Part shown: positions 28,373 through 39,027 of the stretch, piece after piece
Layout of the letters: each line of letters starts with the position of its first letter
Position numbering within the stretch: the stretch's first letter is position 1
Origin: Fibrobacteria bacterium
Lineage (GTDB): Bacteria > Fibrobacterota > Chitinivibrionia > Chitinivibrionales > FEN-1185
Assembly: GCA_037447435.1 (NCBI GenBank)
Contig: JBBIGR010000043.1
Span: 1-44,032 of the forward strand
Reading direction: 5' to 3'
DNA: 44,032 nucleotides
Program-made: the position numbers and the translations under genes
Notes under the pieces: model-generated
Told to the model about the DNA's origin: nothing
Databases searched by the model: none
Seen by the model: only the letters and a program-made list of their open reading frames with translations

Positions 28373-29320
28373 ATGAAAATGAAACATGGTTTAGCACTTG
28401 TATCCTTTTTCCTTCTCCTGATCACCTGCACCAATCCGATTCAGGATGCGATCAATCAATTTACCAAAACTCCCGAAATCGGGGCCTTTACCCGGTCGGT
28501 CAAGGTAAGTCTGCCGCTTGCGTACGCGGCAAATATCGCCATGGACATGGTGAATAAAAAACCGGTAACGGGTGTCACCATGCTTCGATCGCCGGGCGAT
28601 TCCTTTCCCTGCAATGCCATTGTCCAGATACCCGTCGATGCCGGCCATCCGCTTCCGGTCGGCAGCGCAACCGTGACCGGTTCGATGATGGTGGCAGGTT
28701 TGTGGAGCGACTCGGTTTCCGCCGTCGTGTCCGTGTTTTTTACAAATACTAACCTAAGCGACGGAAGCTTTACGGCTAAAAATGTGGCTTTTATTCCGGT
28801 TGTTCGCGATACGGCGCAAGGGTGCATGATCGTGTATGCGAGTGAAGACGTCAACATGGATTCGAGTATCGTTGTCAATACGAAAATCACCGATTCAATG
28901 GTAACGGTCAAGCTGGCAAGCATCCCCTTTACGCTTCCCACCGACAGTTCCATGGCCGTAAATCAAAAAGCATGGATCACAAAAGTATATCGCCCCGCCG
29001 GTTCTGCAGTGGGCAAGGAAGTGTACTCCCTGTTCGGCGCTAGTCAATATCTCGGGGTTTCCCCTTCAACAACCGAGGTCATACAGGCCGTTATGCTCAA
29101 TGTGACCGTGACGCCTTCACTCTGCAGGCTCAACCCGTCATCCGGCGTGGCCTTCATCCGCGATATAAAAATCGGCTCCGGTCCCAATTCGTCAATGGAA
29201 ATGGGCACGACGGTGCTCACGTTTAAAAATACCTGCGACGGTAAGGCCTTCATTTCGCTTGCAACGGGAAATTATATCGGCAAAACAGGTTCGACAATGG
29301 CGTTGAATCTGGATAGGTAA
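28373..29320 (+). CDS. Hypothetical lipoprotein
   Basis: Lipobox-like LITC; beta-rich sequence. Confidence 0.7.
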   Translation: MKMKHGLALVSFFLLLITCTNPIQDAINQFTKTPEIGAFTRSVKVSLPLAYAANIAMDMVNKKPVTGVTMLRSPGDSFPCNAIVQIPVDAGHPLPVGSATVTGSMMVAGLWSDSVSAVVSVFFTNTNLSDGSFTAKNVAFIPVVRDTAQGCMIVYASEDVNMDSSIVVNTKITDSMVTVKLASIPFTLPTDSSMAVNQKAWITKVYRPAGSAVGKEVYSLFGASQYLGVSPSTTEVIQAVMLNVTVTPSLCRLNPSSGVAFIRDIKIGSGPNSSMEMGTTVLTFKNTCDGKAFISLATGNYIGKTGSTMALNLDR

Positions 29321-29352
29321 TAATCAGCTAATTCCAAGGGGTGGGAAATACG

Positions 29353-31437
29353 ATGAAAATCGTCCGGTTTAGTTTTTGCCTTGTTCTTTTCATTTCATAT
29401 ACCGCTATCGCGGTAAAAGAAAAGGAAATTCCCGTTGCGGATCAAGCGTTGATGCTTATCAAAACCGTGGAAAAATATCATTATTCCCCCAGGGCGGTAA
29501 ATGATTCGTTTTCCGAAATAGTCTATTCCTCTTTCCTGCGCATGCTCGATCCGTTCGGTACGTTATTTACGGAAGAGAGTAATGCGTGCCTGGAACCTTT
29601 CAAGTTTTCCTTAAGCAATCAGATCCTAAGCAAAAAAACCGATTTTTTGGACGCTGCCACGCGGGTGTATGAAATGCAAATACGGGCAGCCGATTCGCTT
29701 GTCCGGGGATTTTCAAAAAAAGAAATGGACCTTTTTGCAAACGATACGTTGCATATAGAGGAAAAAGCGCACTTTGTAAAGCAGAAATCGCTGAGCAAAA
29801 AATGGGAACAATGGATCAAGTATACGATTTTATGGTCCTATCGCAATAAAGGCGATTCGATTCTTTCCGCCATTCGGCCGACGCCTTCCGAAACAAAACG
29901 AATTCTCGGTGACGTCATAACCCGGGAAACTTGCAGGATTTCGGCCAAATTGAATCCGTTGGGCGGTATCCGGGCATTTACCGGATTGTGTTATCTCAAG
30001 GCGCTATCAAATGCCTTTGATCCTCATACGGAATATATGTCGCTTTCCGAGAAAAATCAGTTCGAATCCGATTTGTCTAAGGAATCGGGGCTTTTTGGTC
30101 TGCGTTTCAATTTTAACGTCATCGGCGAAATCGAAATCTCCGGGATAATGCCGGCAAGTCCTGCCTGGCTTTCCAATAAAATCAATGAAGGCGACGTGGT
30201 TTTGGACATAAAAAAATCCGACGGCAGCCGGATCGATATGCGGTGCATTAATGAATCGGATATCGACAAGTTCTTGTTTTCTACAGACGACAAACCCGTT
30301 GATTTCAGGATACGGAAGAAAAACGGAAAAATCCTGACTGTGACGCTGAGAAAGGAAATGGTCGATGTCGAAGATAACACTATCCGCAGTTTTATCTTAA
30401 AAGGAAATACTTCCATCGGCTACATTTATCTGCCTTCTTTTTATACGGATTTTTCCTACAATAGTTATTTGTCCGCCGGTTGCGCCAATGATGTCGCAAA
30501 GGAATTGATCAAACTGAAGGGCGCCCGAATCGATGGCTTGATTTTCGACGTACGGTCCAACGGCGGCGGCGCAATGGAAGAGGCCGTTCGCCTGGCAGGC
30601 AGCTTTGTCGATTACGGTGCGTTATGCATCGTCCATGAGCGGGGGAAACAACCGGTGGTATTAAAAGATAATGCGAAAGGAACAGTGTACGACGGTCCGC
30701 TCGTCATATTGACAAATTCATCTTCGGCTTCCGCGGCAGAGCTTTTTGCCGGAGTCTTACAGGACTATAACCGGGCGATTATCGTCGGCAATCCGACTTT
30801 CGGCAAAGGCACTATGCAACAAATCTTGCCGATCGATGCGGGAAATTTCGATTCCCTTTCCCTGTATAAGGGCAACCCGCCGGGGTATTTACGATTGACT
30901 CATGGCAGTTTTTATCGGGTGACCGGGGCATCGAATCAAAGGACGGGCATTATTCCGGACATTGCATTGCCGCAATATCCGGAAAACTCCATCGACAGGG
31001 AATGCGCATACGACGGCGCATTGGAGCTTTCTCCCATTTCAAAGAAAGCCTATTATTACCCGCTCGAACCCATACCGAAAGCTCCCTTGAAAGCACAAAG
31101 CGAGGAGCGTGTCAGGAATAATGCGGGGTTCAAACTGATCAAGAAAAACCAAATCGTAGCGGGAAAAACGAATTCGGAACTGAACATACCGCTTTCGTTT
31201 CAATTGTTTGTCAATTACATGAAACGTTTCGACGCGTCCGAAGATTCGCTCACCGCAAAAAATTGCCCTTTTAGCGTGCAGCCGCTGGATTTCGGCAACA
31301 CGGGGAAGACCATGGTAAAGAAAAACGCAGCCGATGAAATCGTCATGAAAAACATCAAAGCCGATTTATATATCAACGAATCGTATGCGGTTGTCAATGA
31401 TCTGATCAACGCAAAGGGTAAGAGAGAGGAAAAATGA
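29353..31437 (+). CDS. Carboxy-terminal processing protease (S41, Prc/Tsp-like)
   Basis: FDPHTEY, PDZ region, DVRSNGGG, SASAAE, TFGKG. Confidence 0.92.
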   Translation: MKIVRFSFCLVLFISYTAIAVKEKEIPVADQALMLIKTVEKYHYSPRAVNDSFSEIVYSSFLRMLDPFGTLFTEESNACLEPFKFSLSNQILSKKTDFLDAATRVYEMQIRAADSLVRGFSKKEMDLFANDTLHIEEKAHFVKQKSLSKKWEQWIKYTILWSYRNKGDSILSAIRPTPSETKRILGDVITRETCRISAKLNPLGGIRAFTGLCYLKALSNAFDPHTEYMSLSEKNQFESDLSKESGLFGLRFNFNVIGEIEISGIMPASPAWLSNKINEGDVVLDIKKSDGSRIDMRCINESDIDKFLFSTDDKPVDFRIRKKNGKILTVTLRKEMVDVEDNTIRSFILKGNTSIGYIYLPSFYTDFSYNSYLSAGCANDVAKELIKLKGARIDGLIFDVRSNGGGAMEEAVRLAGSFVDYGALCIVHERGKQPVVLKDNAKGTVYDGPLVILTNSSSASAAELFAGVLQDYNRAIIVGNPTFGKGTMQQILPIDAGNFDSLSLYKGNPPGYLRLTHGSFYRVTGASNQRTGIIPDIALPQYPENSIDRECAYDGALELSPISKKAYYYPLEPIPKAPLKAQSEERVRNNAGFKLIKKNQIVAGKTNSELNIPLSFQLFVNYMKRFDASEDSLTAKNCPFSVQPLDFGNTGKTMVKKNAADEIVMKNIKADLYINESYAVVNDLINAKGKREEK

Positions 31438-32531
31438 ATATGGGTAGGCTTAAAATCATTTTAGCAGCAATGCTTTTAACCGGCGTCGTTCACCCTTTTG
31501 CGCAGCTTGCTCCCGGACCGGGGAGCGGCATAGACCGCAATGTTAAACCGCCGACATCGTTCGCATCGTCCTACGATGCGGTCCAGTATTATAAAAAGTT
31601 GACAGAGCCGATGCCGGAGCTTAAAAAAGCGAATTTCGAGTACGTGCAGGCGGTTACGCGCATGCGAAGTGCCAAATCCGTTGAACGAAAGCGGCAGGAT
31701 CTTTTAAATGTCATGACAAAGAACAAGGCCTATTTCCAATCAAATCCCGCATTCGGCAACGATTCGACGCTCAAATGCGAGCTTGTCCGGTTTTTAGACC
31801 TTACCGAAATCGTTCTGCGCGAGGATTTTGTCAAAATACTCGATATGGAAGATATTGCTGCCCGCTCATACGATCAGGAAGAGGCGCATCAGCTTGCCAT
31901 CGACATGGCTGTCGACAAAATAAATGCTTGTCACGACACGCTGCGAAAGGCCGATGACGGTTTTTTCGCGAAATACAATATCATACAAAAAAAGGACAAG
32001 GATGAACTGGCATTAAAAATCGAAAAAGCGGATACCGCGATTCGGTACTATAATTCCATCACAAGAATTTTTTCCAAAGCGCATCGCGAAGATCTCTATG
32101 CTCGCGAAGCCTCGAATAAAAAAGATATTGCCGGATTGGAACAGCATAAGGCAAGCTTGCTTTCGTTTTCCGAGGAGGGACTTAACCAATTAAAAAAGAA
32201 AGACGGTTTGGACGGCGACAAGTATTTGTTGTCCGCTGCCGAAGCGTTGCTGGAATTTTATAAAAACGATGGGCAAATAACATATCAGGCGAATATAGAT
32301 TTTTATATGAAAACCGACGAGTTGAGCAATGCCAACAAGCGGATTAATTCAATCCGTCCCGAAGACCGGAAAAAGGAAGATGTCGATCGGTTCAATGAAA
32401 TGGTCGACGCATACAATAAGTCTGTCAAGCAAATCAACGATATCAACAAGAAATCGTTTAAAATCCATTCGCAGCTTCTGGACATGTGGAATGATCAGGT
32501 GGAAAAATTCTTTAAGCGCCACGCGCCGTAA
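31434..32531 (+). CDS. Secreted alpha-helical hypothetical protein
   Basis: Signal peptide, long ORF overlapping the protease stop (ATGA). Confidence 0.75.
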   Translation: MNMGRLKIILAAMLLTGVVHPFAQLAPGPGSGIDRNVKPPTSFASSYDAVQYYKKLTEPMPELKKANFEYVQAVTRMRSAKSVERKRQDLLNVMTKNKAYFQSNPAFGNDSTLKCELVRFLDLTEIVLREDFVKILDMEDIAARSYDQEEAHQLAIDMAVDKINACHDTLRKADDGFFAKYNIIQKKDKDELALKIEKADTAIRYYNSITRIFSKAHREDLYAREASNKKDIAGLEQHKASLLSFSEEGLNQLKKKDGLDGDKYLLSAAEALLEFYKNDGQITYQANIDFYMKTDELSNANKRINSIRPEDRKKEDVDRFNEMVDAYNKSVKQINDINKKSFKIHSQLLDMWNDQVEKFFKRHAP

Positions 32532-32538
32532 TATTATT

Positions 32539-32564
32539 GTAGGGGCAAATCACTATTTGCCCCT
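32539..32564 (+). repeat. GTAG-type REP-like palindrome
   Basis: GTAGGGGCAAAT-CACT-ATTTGCCCCT between convergent genes. Confidence 0.65.
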
Positions 32565-32584
32565 TCCTTCGCATCCCAAATTTC

Positions 32585-33320
32585 TTATTGGCACAACGGA
32601 AACTGCAGACTTCCCGCAACATCGCCGCTGTCCTTCACCACCAAACCGCTGTCGATAACGGCATGGCCGTAAATATCCGTTGCCCGCAGCGTAAAAGGCT
32701 TTGGACCTAAACCGTCCGATTTAATGAAGTAATTGTAACTTTCGCGTGGAATTTCAATAAAGGTCCCTGCAGTAGAAAGATACTCAAGTCGAATCACCGG
32801 ATACCGATGATTTCTTATCTGAACTCCAGCCCACCATTGACTGCTGCCTTCTTTAAAATGATACACGATCGGACCGGCAACAGGGCAGGGAATAAGGTGC
32901 CATGAAATTGGAACACGGCCGCGGGTGGTGTCTGCAATCGAGGAAAAAGCTTTTGGACTTAAATCGATATCGCCGGCATTGCATCCCGGGCATAAATCAA
33001 CAATGCGAATATCAATGGTGCTGTCCGGACCGTTTACCCTCAACACAAGACCCGCATACATATGAATCATAGTAATCAACATGGTTCATGGCGCCGATCA
33101 TCAAATCGTTTGGTGTGGCATCAAAACAACATGCGCCAGTGCCGTTTGCCTCGGTGTAATACGTAGCCTGGCCTACATGCCTGGGCGGTTGCTGCGCGCA
33201 TCCCATTTCAATCAAAGGGACAACATTTGTAACTTTATTGCTGCAACCAAGTTGCAGAAAAATGACAACTGCAACTATATTTCGGAACAGGATGGCGGAT
33301 GGGCGAGTACAGGTTTTCAT
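32585..33320 (-). pseudogene. Bacterial expansin (EXLX1/YoaJ-like lipoprotein) split by a +1 frameshift
   Basis: GQATYY..GTGAC..AMN..CGSCV in one frame and VDLCPGC..DIDLS..AF..WWAGVQIRNHRYPV..YNYF in another; extra G at 33037-33039. Confidence 0.88.
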
Positions 33321-33862
33321 ATAGTAAAATATAACCCAAATACTGTTCGCTAAGGCTTGCAATATTTCAATGATTTAAAAAATCAGATTTGTTTAAAGGA
33401 CAAAACGTTTTAATTGACAAATTAATGTTAGGTAATTACTTGAGGATGTACTTCGTAATATCCTAATAATATTAAAGTTACAACGATAAATCAGTATTGC
33501 TAAATAGCAATAATTTTACGAGGCAAATAGTTTCACCCACACTCTTTTAAATTTTTACTTGCGTGTTTAATGTCATAAAAATCATAGTCATCCATTAATC
33601 ATAGTAATCGTGTTCAAACAATTTACCGTTCGCGAGTGCGGGCAAAATCAAATTCAAAGTAATTTTCTTTAGCTAAAGACAGCATGTGGGGTGTGGGGTG
33701 GGCACCATTCTTATCATGATTTAAGCATTTACAACCCCCACCCGCAAAGAGTAGTAAATGCAAATACGCAACTACCTATCATTAGGCAGTTTACGTACAA
33801 AAAGTATTTTCCCTACCTGGTTTAAGGACCGGCGAGGTCCTTCCAGACATTTAAAATTTTTA

Positions 33863-35266
33863 TTATTTAGTTTGCAGCAAATCCTCGATAATGCTTTTTG
33901 CCGCAGCCTTACCTGCGCCCATCGCTAAAATCACTGTCGCTGCACCGGTTACGATGTCGCCGCCGGCATACACGAATTTTTTCGATGTTCTGCCGTCAGC
34001 TTCATTCGCTTCAATAGTACCCCATTTTGAGGTTTTAATATCCGGAGTGGTTTCCTGGATCAATGGATTCGGATTATTTCCAATGGCAATAATGACCACA
34101 TCGCAATCAACAACATACTCGCTGCCATTGACCACAACCGGACGTCGCCTGCCCGAATCGTCAGGCTCTCCAAGTTCCATTCTAACACATCGTAACCCTT
34201 TGACAAATCCGTCGTTACCGGCAAGCACTTCAATTGGATTTGTAAGCAGGGTAAACTGAATTCCTTCTTCTTTTGCATGGTGAATTTCAGCTGCGCGCGC
34301 AGGCATTTCCGCCTCGGTTCTCCGGTACACGATGGCCGATGAAGCAGCGCCCAATCGAAGCGCTGTGCGTGCGGCATCCATGGCAACGTTGCCGCCGCCA
34401 ACCGTAACCACACGCTTGCCTTTAATAAGCGGCGTATCTGAGTTTTCCAAATACGCTTTCATCAAATTGCTTCGGGTAAGGTATTCATTTGCCGAATAAA
34501 CGCCAATGCTGTTTTCGCCCGGAATGCGCATAAAAGAGGGCAAGCCTGCGCCCGATCCTATAAATATCGCGTCAAAACCTTCTTCTTTCATAAGACTGTC
34601 TACGGTAGCGGTTTTTCCGACAATAAAGTTTCTTTCAAGCGTAACGCCAAGTTTTTCCAGGTAATTAATTTCCTTTTTAACTATTTCCTTGGGCAGCCTG
34701 AATTCAGGAATGCCATACACCAAAACCCCGCCAGGCTCATGCAAAGCCTCGAAAATCGTGACCTCAAAACCTTCCTTTACCAGTTCTCCTGCTGCGGTTA
34801 ATCCTGCCGGTCCGGATCCTACAATGCCGACCTTTTTGCCGTTCTTCGGCTTCATCACCGGCATTTCAAATTCAAAGTTTGCCATTTCAAAGTCAGCGGC
34901 AAAACGTTCCAGATTGCCTACTGCTATTTGATTGCCTTTTTTCGCTAAAATGCATTTTTGCTCGCATTGGGTTTCCTGGGGACAAACTCTGCCGCATATA
35001 GCAGGTAATGCATTGGTTTCTTTTATCTTGCGAGCTGCTTCCTTATATTTTCCTTCAACAATCAGTTTTATGAATTCCGGTATTTTCACGTTAACCGGAC
35101 AGCCGTCCATGCAAAGCGGTTTTTTACATTGCAGGCAGCGTTTTGCTTCTGCAACAGCTTCTTCGATAGAATAGCCAAACGGAACTTCTTGAAAATTTTT
35201 AGCCCTAACCTGCGGTTCCTGTTCCCTCATCGGGACCTTAGTTTGTTTTTTATTTTCAGTATTCAT
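33863..35266 (-). CDS. nfnB: NfnB/SudA (GltD-like) large subunit of NADH-dependent ferredoxin:NADP oxidoreductase
   Basis: RCLQCKKPLC..GCP, CGRVCPQETQCE, GSGPAG, GGGNVAMD, GGDIVTGAATVILAMG. Confidence 0.88.
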   Translation of the reverse strand: MNTENKKQTKVPMREQEPQVRAKNFQEVPFGYSIEEAVAEAKRCLQCKKPLCMDGCPVNVKIPEFIKLIVEGKYKEAARKIKETNALPAICGRVCPQETQCEQKCILAKKGNQIAVGNLERFAADFEMANFEFEMPVMKPKNGKKVGIVGSGPAGLTAAGELVKEGFEVTIFEALHEPGGVLVYGIPEFRLPKEIVKKEINYLEKLGVTLERNFIVGKTATVDSLMKEEGFDAIFIGSGAGLPSFMRIPGENSIGVYSANEYLTRSNLMKAYLENSDTPLIKGKRVVTVGGGNVAMDAARTALRLGAASSAIVYRRTEAEMPARAAEIHHAKEEGIQFTLLTNPIEVLAGNDGFVKGLRCVRMELGEPDDSGRRRPVVVNGSEYVVDCDVVIIAIGNNPNPLIQETTPDIKTSKWGTIEANEADGRTSKKFVYAGGDIVTGAATVILAMGAGKAAAKSIIEDLLQTK

Positions 35267-36105
35267 GCTGGCCTTCCTGTGAGTAAGCAGTTATGCTTTT
35301 CCAAAGATTCAGCTTCCTGTTTTTTATACGCTCCAAGCCGTTTTATCATTTCATCCCAATCAATCAAACTTGCGTCAAATTCAGGACCATCGACACAGGC
35401 AAATTTTGTTTGATTGCCAACGGTTATCCGGCAGCCGCCGCACATTCCCGTTCCATCAATCATAATCGGATTCAGCGACACAAAGGTTTTTATTCCCGCA
35501 GCGACCGTAATTGCCGAAGTGAATTTCATCATGATCGCAGGCCCGATCACAACGGCAAAATCAAACTTTTCTCCATCACCCAAAAGCTTCTTCACCAGAT
35601 CAGCCGCAAAGCCCTTTTGTCCCTTCGATCCATCGTCGGTCGTAACGAATAAACGATCTGAAGTGGATTTCATATCTTCTTCAAGCATAATGAGTTCCGA
35701 GTTGCGGGCGCCAATGATTGTCGTTATGGTATTGCCTGCTTCTTTCAGCGAGCGAACAATAGGGTAAAGCGGGGCAGTTCCAACACCGCCGCCAATACAA
35801 AGGCAATTGCCGAAATTTTCAATATGTGTGGGCTTGCCGAGCGGTCCTGCCAAATCAATGATTTCATTTCCTTCATGAAGAATCGAAAGTATCTTTGTCG
35901 ATTTGCCGACCATTTGGAAAATGATTTCTATCCAGCCTTCTTTTGCGTTTGCATTTGCAATGGTCAGCGGAATTCTTTCGCCTTCGCTTGTCGGGCGAAC
36001 CATGACAAACTGGCCGGCCTTGCGCATTTTCGCTATGCGCGGAGCGTCTATTCGATAGCGGTACACAATATCACTCAGCCGCTCTTTTTTAATAATTTTC
36101 GGCAT
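35263..36105 (-). CDS. nfnA: NfnA/SudB small subunit (FAD, 2Fe-2S)
   Basis: GERIPLTI, GPLGKP, GGGVG, DGTGMCGGCR, CVDGPEF. Confidence 0.9.
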   Translation of the reverse strand: MPKIIKKERLSDIVYRYRIDAPRIAKMRKAGQFVMVRPTSEGERIPLTIANANAKEGWIEIIFQMVGKSTKILSILHEGNEIIDLAGPLGKPTHIENFGNCLCIGGGVGTAPLYPIVRSLKEAGNTITTIIGARNSELIMLEEDMKSTSDRLFVTTDDGSKGQKGFAADLVKKLLGDGEKFDFAVVIGPAIMMKFTSAITVAAGIKTFVSLNPIMIDGTGMCGGCRITVGNQTKFACVDGPEFDASLIDWDEMIKRLGAYKKQEAESLEKHNCLLTGRPA

Positions 36106-36470
36106 GATTGCTTATACCTTTCAAATATATGGGTTCATTTAATTTACGAAATAAAACGCCCTGTATTTGCGTAAGGTAAAAAATAAGTCATGAGATCATA
36201 TAAAAAGAAATAAATAAATATGTATAATACTCATAACTCACACGCATACTTTGTCTCGCAATATGTACCAACAACCTTGTTTTGTGAAAAAAGGAATTTA
36301 AGGCCCTTCTTTTAATCGAATATACGTTGTTCAAAATGTCCCCCAGGTAAAATCCCAATCGCGACTATCTTCTTTCTGGAAAAAATTCCTATTTTCAAGA
36401 AAGCTCCGCATAAATGCAATTCCTTATCTAATTAATTATTCCAAAAACAATAAAAAAGTTTACTAAATAA

Positions 36471-36486
36471 TGGAACAGGTTTTGCT
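36471..36486 (+). promoter_or_regulatory. sigma54 promoter of the AhpD/CMD gene
   Basis: TGGAACAGGTTTTGCT, GG-N10-GC. Confidence 0.7.
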
Positions 36487-36542
36487 TATTTATAGTTGCC
36501 AAATAAAATCCTTTGTTCCCTAACTTTATTAAAGGAGGCGTT

Positions 36543-37478
36543 ATGTTGAATAAAAGCGCTATAAACGTCATCGTTTTTGTGGTGTTGAGCGGATTTTTAT
36601 TTATGGATTTAGGCGCCGACGCTGCAAAACCGAACCAGGCATTGACAAGTGCGCTCGCCGATATCGAAAAAACGTTCGGGTTTGTGCCGGAGTTTTTGCG
36701 TTCGCTTCCCGACGAAGCTTTGCCCGGAACCTGGGAAGAAATGAAAGGCCTTCAGCTAAATCCGCAATCCGCGCTTCCACCAAAAATCAAGGAACTGATC
36801 GGTTTGGGCGTTGCCGCGCAGGTTCCGTGCCGGTACTGCATTCAGGCGCATACGGAATTTGCAAAAATGCACGGGGCTTCCCAGGAAGAAATCGGAGAAG
36901 CGGTTGCAATGGCTGCGCTTACCCGTCATTGGAGTACCTTTATAAACGGAATTCAGGAAGATGAAGGAAAATATCGGATGGAAGTTCAAATGGCGGTCGA
37001 TAAAATGCAAATGGCCTCAAGTAAAGATACGCAAAAAGCAAAAATCAAAGTTATCGATGCAAAGACCGCGCTTGCGGAGGCAACGCAAATGATGGGCCCG
37101 CCTCCTGAATTTATAAAGAAATTTCCCGAAGTTGGTTTTAAAGGTGCGTGGATGACGGAGCGCGATGTCGAAATGAACCCCAATTCCGCAATTTCGGCCA
37201 AGTATAAAACCCTCATAAGTCTTGGAGTAGCTTCGCAGGTTCCTTGCAGGTATTGCATCATTTCCGATGTCGAGTTTGCAAAAGCTGCAGGCGCGTCCGA
37301 GGCGGAAATCAACGAGGCAATCGCAATGGCATCTTTCACGCGTCAAATGAGTACCATGCTCAACGGAATGCAGGTAAGCGAAACGAAATTCATAACCGAT
37401 CTCAATAGGCTCGTGAAAGATTCAAAGCAAACCTCACAGGCAACCCCAAAACATCCGCAGCAAACGGTTGCGAAATAA
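36543..37478 (+). CDS. Secreted tandem carboxymuconolactone decarboxylase/AhpD-domain protein
   Basis: RBS AAGGAGG; signal peptide; two LI.LGVA.QVPCRYC repeats. Confidence 0.88.
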   Translation: MLNKSAINVIVFVVLSGFLFMDLGADAAKPNQALTSALADIEKTFGFVPEFLRSLPDEALPGTWEEMKGLQLNPQSALPPKIKELIGLGVAAQVPCRYCIQAHTEFAKMHGASQEEIGEAVAMAALTRHWSTFINGIQEDEGKYRMEVQMAVDKMQMASSKDTQKAKIKVIDAKTALAEATQMMGPPPEFIKKFPEVGFKGAWMTERDVEMNPNSAISAKYKTLISLGVASQVPCRYCIISDVEFAKAAGASEAEINEAIAMASFTRQMSTMLNGMQVSETKFITDLNRLVKDSKQTSQATPKHPQQTVAK

Positions 37479-37491
37479 CGAAACCGTCAAA

Positions 37492-39006
37492 TCAAAGGGC
37501 CATGTCGCCGCGACTCGCCATGGCCCGCTGATTTCTCCAGCCAACTACACCGTCCCGTAAACTGGCCACCCGATCGAAGCCTTTTGTTTTTAAATAATAT
37601 GCCACGACATACGATAAATCGCCCGTATGGCAAACAACGAGAATGTCTTTGTCCTTAGGAATTTCCGCCAGGTGTTTCTCTAGCCGGGCAAAACTCATTT
37701 CATGGGAATTCGGCAGGCAAGCCACCATCTTTCTTAAAAATTGCGGACGCACGTCGATGATGAATTTCCGGCAGGTGTCGGACAAATATGCATCATCGAC
37801 CTGGGCCGAATCGATCATGTTGACAAACAGCGTTTTTCCCAGGAAATAATTTTTTAATACCCTGACGGCATGCCGGATGTCCCGCATCGATGTCGCATGG
37901 CCCAAACTGAACCTGATCGTTTCTTTTGTCGCTTTGTCCGATAAACCGATAGCTTTGAGGGTTTTCGACGGCTTGTCATCCTGTGCGCTGCATGCCGATC
38001 CGGCCGAAACCGCGATGCCGTAACTATCCAATACCGTCAGCAATTCCGCATTTTTCACATTTGGAAACGTTACGCTTACCGTGTTGTCCAGGCAATCTTC
38101 CTTAGGGGAATTGATAATGCAGTCTTTTTTTATTTCCCCAAGCCGGGCGATAAAGTCTTGCTTCAGCATGCCGATATGTTCCGCAAGGGCAAGAAGTTTG
38201 CCGATATCGCGGCACGCAGCGCCGAATCCAGCGATATTGTGCAGGCTTTCTGTACCTGCCCGCATGCCGTTTTCCTGATGGCCGCCATGCAAAAACGGCA
38301 TAAAAGGGCTGCCTCGTTTAAGGTACAAAGCGCCGATACCCTTGGGACCATACACCTTATGCGCCGAAAAAGAGGCATAATCTATTCCTAATGCATGCAC
38401 ATCTACGGGAATTTTCCCCAACGCCTGAACGCAATCCGACATAATCGGTATCCGGCGGGTCCCGGCTATTTTTGCAATTGCGCGCATATCCTGAATCGTG
38501 CCTGTTTCATTATTCGCAAGCATACAGCAAATCAAAAACGTTTTATCATCAATCAATTTTGCCAATTCGGCGGCTTTCACCCGGCCGTGTCCGTCAACAG
38601 GACAGTATTCGACGACGATGCCCCGTGTTTTTAAAAATTCCAATGTATTGAGCACCGACGGATGTTCGATAGGCAGGGAAATGATTTTATTTTTTTCCGG
38701 ATAATAGTAATCGGCAAGTGATTTTAATACGGCATTATTGGATTCCGTTGCACAGCTGGTAAAATAAAGTTCCTGCGCATCGGCATTAATCGCATGTGCC
38801 AGGCTTTGCCTGGCTTCCTCGATGATCCTGCCGGACTTCCTTCCGATTTCATACAGCGACGACGGATTGCCAAAGCACTCTTTCAATACCCGGTTCATTA
38901 CGCGCCGTACGCGATTGCTCACCATTGTCGTCGCATTGTTATCGAGGTACACAAAATGATTTAAACGGAAAAAATGTTTGAATAATTTTATTTGTTGTAA
39001 TTCCAT
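37492..39006 (-). CDS. Cysteine desulfurase (IscS/NifS type) fused to a C-terminal rhodanese domain
   Basis: YLDNNATT, SAHKVYGPKG, RAGTE, SAGSAC; tail IIDVR..LVVCHTG..LRDGVVGW. Confidence 0.9.
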   Translation of the reverse strand: MELQQIKLFKHFFRLNHFVYLDNNATTMVSNRVRRVMNRVLKECFGNPSSLYEIGRKSGRIIEEARQSLAHAINADAQELYFTSCATESNNAVLKSLADYYYPEKNKIISLPIEHPSVLNTLEFLKTRGIVVEYCPVDGHGRVKAAELAKLIDDKTFLICCMLANNETGTIQDMRAIAKIAGTRRIPIMSDCVQALGKIPVDVHALGIDYASFSAHKVYGPKGIGALYLKRGSPFMPFLHGGHQENGMRAGTESLHNIAGFGAACRDIGKLLALAEHIGMLKQDFIARLGEIKKDCIINSPKEDCLDNTVSVTFPNVKNAELLTVLDSYGIAVSAGSACSAQDDKPSKTLKAIGLSDKATKETIRFSLGHATSMRDIRHAVRVLKNYFLGKTLFVNMIDSAQVDDAYLSDTCRKFIIDVRPQFLRKMVACLPNSHEMSFARLEKHLAEIPKDKDILVVCHTGDLSYVVAYYLKTKGFDRVASLRDGVVGWRNQRAMASRGDMAL

Positions 39007-39027
39007 ACAGGTTCTTTCATTAAAAAA

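Noticed and set aside
33863..35266. Glutamate synthase small subunit as part of the nitrogen regulon
   Set aside because: Paired with an NfnA/SudB gene and no gltB, which fits NfnAB better
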